DNA from: an uncultured Acidobacteriaceae bacterium
GTDB taxonomy: Bacteria; Acidobacteriota; Terriglobia; Terriglobales; Acidobacteriaceae
Assembly (NCBI GenBank): GCA_963808805.1
Contig: CAWEGN010000011.1
Location: 34,583-98,582, forward strand
Length of the DNA: 64,000 nt
Direction of reading: 5' to 3'
Position 1 is the first letter of the stretch. Each line of letters opens with the position of its first letter. Shown one piece after another: positions 57,672-64,000 of the stretch. A program made the translations under genes and the position numbers. The notes beneath the pieces were generated by a model. The model did no database searches. It was not told where the DNA came from and saw nothing but the letters and a program-made list of their open reading frames with translations.

Positions 57672-58124
57672 ATGAAGGTTCAACGCCTCAACGTAATCCG
57701 CGAAGTGCTGGCCGGCACGCCTGTCGCCAGCCAGGACGAGTTGCGGCGCAAGCTGCGCCGCCGCGGAATCCATGTGACGCAGGCCACGCTCTCGCGCGAT
57801 ATTCATGAACTGCGGCTTTTCAAGGGTCCGCGCGGATACTCGCTCGCCAACGGCGCGGCGGGCGCGGACGGGGAAGACGATCGGCCGCCTTCCCTGAACG
57901 AGATGATCGATAGCTTCGGCTTGCGGGTGCGCCGTGCAATGAATCAGGTGGTAGTGGGAACGGTGACGGGTGGAGCGCAGCCGGTGGCCGCGGCTCTGGA
58001 CCGCGAAGGCTGGCCGGAGGTGATCGGCACCATCGCCGGTGACGATACAATTCTTGTTGTCTGCCAGGATGCGCGCCTCGCTGGTGACGTCGAAGCCCGG
58101 TTAAGAAAGATGCTCGAAACATGA
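57672..58124 (+). CDS. argR: Arginine repressor
   Basis: Winged-helix N-domain (SQDELRRKLRRRGIHVTQATLSRDI) and C-domain GTIAGDDTILVV. Confidence 0.88.
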   Translation: MKVQRLNVIREVLAGTPVASQDELRRKLRRRGIHVTQATLSRDIHELRLFKGPRGYSLANGAAGADGEDDRPPSLNEMIDSFGLRVRRAMNQVVVGTVTGGAQPVAAALDREGWPEVIGTIAGDDTILVVCQDARLAGDVEARLRKMLET

Positions 58125-59188
58125 CGAAGATCGTGCAAACTGCGGTTGTGGGAGTAACGGGGTACGCTGGCGCCGAGCTGGCGCGGTTGCTGCTTCACCA
58201 TCCTCGCCTCAAAGGCAAGCCGCCCGTTTTTGCCGGGCGCGTGGACAGCAAGGATCTGGCGCGCGGCGGGGTTCCGCTATCGGAAATTCACCCGCAACTC
58301 CGAGATAACAACGAAAGCGGCGGCTGGAAGCTGGAGCCCTTTTCATGGGAACTGCTGGCCGGGCGCGGCGTCGATGTGCTGTTCCTCGCCACCCCGCATG
58401 AACAGTCCCGCGAGTGGGTTCCGGAAGCGCTCGAACGCGGGTTGCGCGTGATCGATTTGAGCGGAGCGTGGCGGCTGAACGAGGCGGCCCATCGCGCTGT
58501 ATACGCTTTTAAGGACGAAGGGACCGAAGTGGCCGTGGCCACGCAGGCACAAGCCGTCTACGGCATGCCTGAGCTGTATCGCAAGCAGATCGCGTCCGCG
58601 CAACTCATCGCCAACCCCGGTTGCTACGCAACATCCGTCATTTTGCCGCTCAAGCCGCTAGTCGCGGCGGGATTGGTCGATCTGGATCGCGGCATTGTTG
58701 CCGACGCCAAGAGCGGCGTAAGCGGCGCGGGCAAGGCTCCCACGGCGAAGACGCATTTTATGTCCGCGGCGGACAATCTTTCGGCCTACGGCATCTTCGC
58801 GCACCGGCACACCGGCGAACTGCTGGAGCAGATCGGCGTTTCCGCGAGCGGGATCGTCTTCACGCCGCATTTGCTGCCGATTCCGAGGGGCATCTTGTCG
58901 ACGATCTACGTACATTTCAGAAAGCCGCAAACACACGAGAGCGTGGCTCAGGTGTATCGCGAGTTCTTTGTTGGCAGTCCAATGGTACGGCTCTACGAGA
59001 AGTCGCTGCCGCAGATTCAGTATTCCGTGCGGACCAACTATGCCGACATTGGGTTTCAACTCGATGCGTGCGGCAGGCGTGTGGTGATTGTGAGTTGCCT
59101 CGATAATCTGCTGAAGGGCGCAGCAGGCCAGGCGGTGCAGAACCTGAATGTCATGTTGGGCTGGCCCGAATCGGAAGGTCTCGCATGA
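58121..59188 (+). CDS. argC: N-acetyl-gamma-glutamyl-phosphate reductase
   Basis: GVTGYAGAEL and the active-site segment NPGCYATS. Confidence 0.9.
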   Translation: MTKIVQTAVVGVTGYAGAELARLLLHHPRLKGKPPVFAGRVDSKDLARGGVPLSEIHPQLRDNNESGGWKLEPFSWELLAGRGVDVLFLATPHEQSREWVPEALERGLRVIDLSGAWRLNEAAHRAVYAFKDEGTEVAVATQAQAVYGMPELYRKQIASAQLIANPGCYATSVILPLKPLVAAGLVDLDRGIVADAKSGVSGAGKAPTAKTHFMSAADNLSAYGIFAHRHTGELLEQIGVSASGIVFTPHLLPIPRGILSTIYVHFRKPQTHESVAQVYREFFVGSPMVRLYEKSLPQIQYSVRTNYADIGFQLDACGRRVVIVSCLDNLLKGAAGQAVQNLNVMLGWPESEGLA

Positions 59189-59210
59189 AATTTGCCGCGG
59201 AGGGCCTGGA

Positions 59211-59993
59211 ATGAAGTACGTTGTCAAACTCGGTGGCGCGGGCCTCGAAACTCCATCGCTGCTTGAAGGCTGCATACGCGCCATCGCCGATCTTGTGCGT
59301 GACGGTAACCAGGTTGCAGTGGTCCACGGCGGCGGCGTGCAGTTGACCAAAACGCTCAAGGCGCTCGGCAAGCAAAGCGAGTTTATTGATGGCCTGCGCG
59401 TGACCGACGCGGAAACCCGCGATACGGCGCTGATGGTTTTCGCCGGCCGCGTGAACAAGGGGCTGGTTGCCGCCCTGGGCGCGCTGGGCCAGCCGGCGGT
59501 CGGCCTTTCCGGCGGCGATGGACTGCTCTTCCGCGCGCGTAAGAAGCGCACCGTGCCCGATCTCGGCTACGTGGGCGAGATCGCCGCCAGCGACCCACGC
59601 TGGATTGAAGCCATCTGGCAATTGAACGGCGTGCCGGTGCTCTGTTCCATGGCCCTCGGCTTCGACGGCGAATACTACAACATCAACGCCGACGAAATGG
59701 CCTCGGCCTGCGCCATCGCCTGCCGCGCCGATGCGCTCGTCTTCCTTACCGACGTTCCCGGCGTCAAAGGAGCCGGCGGCGAGGTTCTGCGCTGGCTCTC
59801 CATCGATCAGATTGCGGAAATGGCCAAAAGCTCAGTCGTCTCCGGAGGCATGCTGCCGAAGTTGGCGGCTTGCCGCGATGCTCTTTTGAACGGCGTCAAG
59901 CGCGTACGAATTCTGCCCGCTGAGGCTGCGGGTTCCTTGCCCGATTTGTGCAGCTCGCGCGTAGCCCAGGGCACAGAAGTGATGGTGGCCTAA
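59211..59993 (+). CDS. argB: Acetylglutamate kinase
   Basis: MKYVVKLGGAG, VVHGGG, NINADEMA. Confidence 0.9.
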   Translation: MKYVVKLGGAGLETPSLLEGCIRAIADLVRDGNQVAVVHGGGVQLTKTLKALGKQSEFIDGLRVTDAETRDTALMVFAGRVNKGLVAALGALGQPAVGLSGGDGLLFRARKKRTVPDLGYVGEIAASDPRWIEAIWQLNGVPVLCSMALGFDGEYYNINADEMASACAIACRADALVFLTDVPGVKGAGGEVLRWLSIDQIAEMAKSSVVSGGMLPKLAACRDALLNGVKRVRILPAEAAGSLPDLCSSRVAQGTEVMVA

Positions 59994-60002
59994 GGAGAGA
60001 AA

Positions 60003-61259
60003 ATGTCGAAACTTGCTGAAATTCAAGCCGCCGAGCAGCGGTTACTCATCCACACCTACGACCGGTTCCCTGTTGTCTTTGTCGCCGGCGAAGACGTATA
60101 TCTGATCGACGACGATGGCAACCGCTATCTCGACCTGCTGAGCGGCATCGGCGTCAACGCGCTCGGCTACAGCTCGAAGACGATTCAGAATGCCATCGCC
60201 GGGCAGAGCTGCAAGCTGATCAACGCGTCGAATTATTTCTTCAACGAAAAAATGGCTCCGCTGGCCGAGCGGCTGGCGCGGCTCACGGGCATGGATCGTG
60301 CATATTTCGGCAACTCGGGCACCGAGGCCGTGGAGGCCGCGTTGAAGCTGGCGCGCGCGCACGCCGGTCTCTTGCGTGAGGAGGGCCGCGCCATCGGCAC
60401 GAAATTTCTCGCGCTCGAACAGAGCTTCCACGGCAGAACCTTCGGCTCCATCTCGGCCACCTACAAGGAAAAATACCGTCTTCCCTTCGGTCCAGTTGTG
60501 CCCGGATTCGAATTCGTGAACTTCAACGACATCGAAGACCTGCGCGCTAAATTCTCCAGCGATGTCTGCGCCATTCTTCTCGAAGCGGTGCAGGGCGAAG
60601 GCGGCGTGCGCCCGCTTACCCCCGAGTTCTTCGCCGAGGCGCGCAAACTGGCCGATTCGACCGGCGCGCTGCTGATCGTCGACGAGATTCAGGCGGGCTG
60701 CGGCCGCACCGGCAAGTGGTGCGCCTATCAGCACTACGACGTGAAGCCCGACGTCACCACGCTCGCCAAGCCCTTGGCGGGCGGCATTCCCATGAGCGCC
60801 ACGCTCTGCACCAACGAAGTGGCGCGCGCCTTCCACGCAGGCATGCACGGCACCACCTTCGGCGGCAGCCCGCTAGCCTGCGCCGCGGCGATCGCCTTCA
60901 TCGATTACGTGGAAAAAGAAAACCTGATGGAGCATGTGACCGAAACCGGTGAGTATTTCCAGCAGCAGTTGCGCGCCCTGGCCCAAAAGCACACCTGCAT
61001 CACGAACGTGCGCGGCAAGGGTCTGATGCTGGCCATCGAACTCGATTCGGCCGATCTGGGCAAGCGCGCCGTCACGGAGTTGCTCAAGAAGCACATCGTC
61101 ATCAACTGCACATCGGACACTGTGCTGCGCTTCTTGCCGCCGTATATCTTCCAGCATCAGCACGTCGATCAGACCGTGGCCGCGCTCGACGAATTCTTTA
61201 CCGAAAACGCCGGCGTGGCAGTCGCGGCCGGCAAGGAAGGAGAAGCAGCTCATGGCTAG
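60003..61259 (+). CDS. argD: Acetylornithine aminotransferase
   Basis: Class-III aminotransferase: GNSGTEAVEAALKLAR, DEIQAGCGRTG, PLP-Lys context DVTTLAKPLAGG. Confidence 0.9.
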   Translation: MSKLAEIQAAEQRLLIHTYDRFPVVFVAGEDVYLIDDDGNRYLDLLSGIGVNALGYSSKTIQNAIAGQSCKLINASNYFFNEKMAPLAERLARLTGMDRAYFGNSGTEAVEAALKLARAHAGLLREEGRAIGTKFLALEQSFHGRTFGSISATYKEKYRLPFGPVVPGFEFVNFNDIEDLRAKFSSDVCAILLEAVQGEGGVRPLTPEFFAEARKLADSTGALLIVDEIQAGCGRTGKWCAYQHYDVKPDVTTLAKPLAGGIPMSATLCTNEVARAFHAGMHGTTFGGSPLACAAAIAFIDYVEKENLMEHVTETGEYFQQQLRALAQKHTCITNVRGKGLMLAIELDSADLGKRAVTELLKKHIVINCTSDTVLRFLPPYIFQHQHVDQTVAALDEFFTENAGVAVAAGKEGEAAHG

Positions 61260-62307
61260 CAAAGTTCTCACCGAGCAGCCCGTGTCCGCTGTTCCCATTC
61301 AACGAGACCCCGATGTTCTTGCCGCGGCTGCGCGCATGGCCGGCGAGGATCTGTGCTCCATCGCCGATCTCTCCAGCGCCGAAGTGCACGCCATCATGAA
61401 ACTCGGTCACGACGTCAAGCGCAATCCGCGCGACTACCGGCATGCCCTGGACGCGAAGCAAATGGTGCTCATGTTCGAGAAGGCCAGCCTGCGCACGCGC
61501 TTGGCATTCGAGGCAGGCATCAACACCATGGGCGGCAACGCCATCTTTGTCGATCAGACCAGTTCGCCGCTGGGCGAACGCGAGACCATTGCCGACGTGG
61601 CGCGGAACCTGGAGCGCTGGGTGGATGTCATCGTACTGCGCACTTATGCGCACGACACCATCACCGAGATGGCCGCCAACTCACGCGTCCCGGTCATCAA
61701 CGCTCTCTCGGACTTCGAGCACCCCTGCCAGGCGCTGGCGGATTTCATGACCATCGAGGAGCATTTCGGCACGGCCGCTGGGCTTAACTTTACGTTTGTC
61801 GGCGACGGCAACAATGTGTGTCACTCGCTGATGCTGACCGGCGCGCAATTGGGCGCCAACGTGACCGTGGCCACGCCGCGCAGCTACTCGCCGGATATCG
61901 AGATCGTGACCAAAGCACGGGAGATCGCTGAGGCCAACCGGTGCGAGATCCGCCTGTTGCAGGATCCACAGGCGGCGGTCGAAGGCGCCGACGCCGTCTA
62001 CACCGACGTCTGCGTGAGCATGGGCTTCGAGCACGAATTGACGAAACGGCAGCCGATCTTCCGGCCGTTCCAGGTGAACGAGGCGCTGATGGCGAGGGCT
62101 TCGAGCCGCGCGGTTTTCATGCACTGCCTGCCGGCGCGGCGCGGCGAAGAGGTGACCGACGCGGTGATCGACAGCCCGCAATCCATCGTCTTCGATCAGG
62201 CCGCGAACCGGCTGCACGCACAGAAGGCGTTGCTGCTTCTGCTCCTGGGCGGATTGGCGAATGTAGCTGCGTTTAGTGAACAGTGGGCAGCGGCAGGGGC
62301 GCACTGA
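61252..62307 (+). CDS. argF: Ornithine carbamoyltransferase
   Basis: SLRTR, HPCQ, VSMG, HCLPA motifs. The C-terminus is about 15 aa longer than usual. Confidence 0.9.
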   Translation: MASKVLTEQPVSAVPIQRDPDVLAAAARMAGEDLCSIADLSSAEVHAIMKLGHDVKRNPRDYRHALDAKQMVLMFEKASLRTRLAFEAGINTMGGNAIFVDQTSSPLGERETIADVARNLERWVDVIVLRTYAHDTITEMAANSRVPVINALSDFEHPCQALADFMTIEEHFGTAAGLNFTFVGDGNNVCHSLMLTGAQLGANVTVATPRSYSPDIEIVTKAREIAEANRCEIRLLQDPQAAVEGADAVYTDVCVSMGFEHELTKRQPIFRPFQVNEALMARASSRAVFMHCLPARRGEEVTDAVIDSPQSIVFDQAANRLHAQKALLLLLLGGLANVAAFSEQWAAAGAH

Positions 62308-62422
62308 TGTGCATCGGTTCGAAGTTCACTACTCGAAAGGTGAGTTTGGAATTCAACGTCAGCAGCGGGTAGGAGCGCGGACAAACTGATCACCGTCCAC
62401 TGCTAACTGATCGCTGCTTTGA

Positions 62423-63776
<1,354 letters not shown>

Positions 63777-63816
63777 GGAATAATGACAAGGAATAGCCAG
63801 AGGTACGCTTAAAGCA

Positions 63817-64000
63817 ATGTCCAACGAACAACAATCCGGGAAGATGTGGTCCGGCCGCTTCCGCGAGCCGCTGGACGCGGAGTTCGAGGCGTGGCAGCGC
63901 TCGATTGTTTTCGATTGGCGGCTTCTCAGCTTCGAAGTCGCCGCCAGCAAGGCGCACGCGTCTGCTCTCTGTCGCGGCAGGAATCTTGTCCAAAGCTGAA
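63817..64000 (+). pseudogene. argH: Argininosuccinate lyase, 5' part (cut by window edge), apparent frameshift near 63968-63971
   Basis: KMWSGRFREPLDAEFEAW...AASKAHASAL is followed by an in-frame stop. The +1 frame reads VAAGILSKAE, which is the expected continuation. Confidence 0.75.

Noticed and set aside
61252-62307. The C-terminal ~15-aa extension of ArgF and the 8-nt overlap with argD as a possible frameshift
   Set aside because: All catalytic motifs are in one frame and the extension is short. There is no evidence of a shifted continuation.

Overview
This is a GC-rich bacterial chromosomal segment. The gene content suggests Acidobacteriota: a GWxTD protein, carboxypeptidase-regulatory-like and PEGA-domain envelope proteins, a DUF507 pair, and the GTCATCCTGAGCG and GGCACGAC-hairpin repeat families. 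That attribution is an inference.

Most of the window is housekeeping:
- leuC-leuB-leuA-like, pheA, plsY-gpsA
- a minus-strand tRNA/translation cluster: tRNA-Thr(UGU), tRNA-Tyr, tRNA-Thr(GGU), tRNA-Gly, tuf, rpmG, tRNA-Trp, secE, nusG, rplK
- recJ, RNase J, yacG-pgpA, cinA, queA, polA
- an arginine operon, argR-argC-argB-argD-argF-argG-argH, with a tandem ARG-box-like operator

Accessory material:
- An island at about 11.9-17.6 kb holds a REP cluster, an orphan beta-class DNA methyltransferase fused to an Mrr-like domain, an IS3-family element, and an IS4-family element inserted into a heptamer array.
- A region of unknown function at about 25.6-27.1 kb follows a MacA/ABC-ATPase pair that has no permease gene.

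I found no rRNA, CRISPR/cas, prophage or recognisable multi-gene defence operon.

The most striking unexplained signal is non-coding. Period-7 (heptanucleotide) tandem arrays are pervasive. Many are organised as inverted arm pairs around short cores, and they fill almost every spacer of the tRNA-tuf-secE-nusG-rplK cluster. They abut or supply the stop codons of many genes.

At least six genes are broken by 1-2 nt indels as assembled: leuA-like, RNase J, argG, argH, a PEGA lipoprotein and a secreted-protein paralog. Several breaks sit at short homopolymers, so assembly error must be excluded before calling them pseudogenes.

leuC, rpmG and all tRNAs are absent from the supplied ORF track and were found by reading the sequence. 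All protein-family calls rest on motif recognition by eye, not on database searches.
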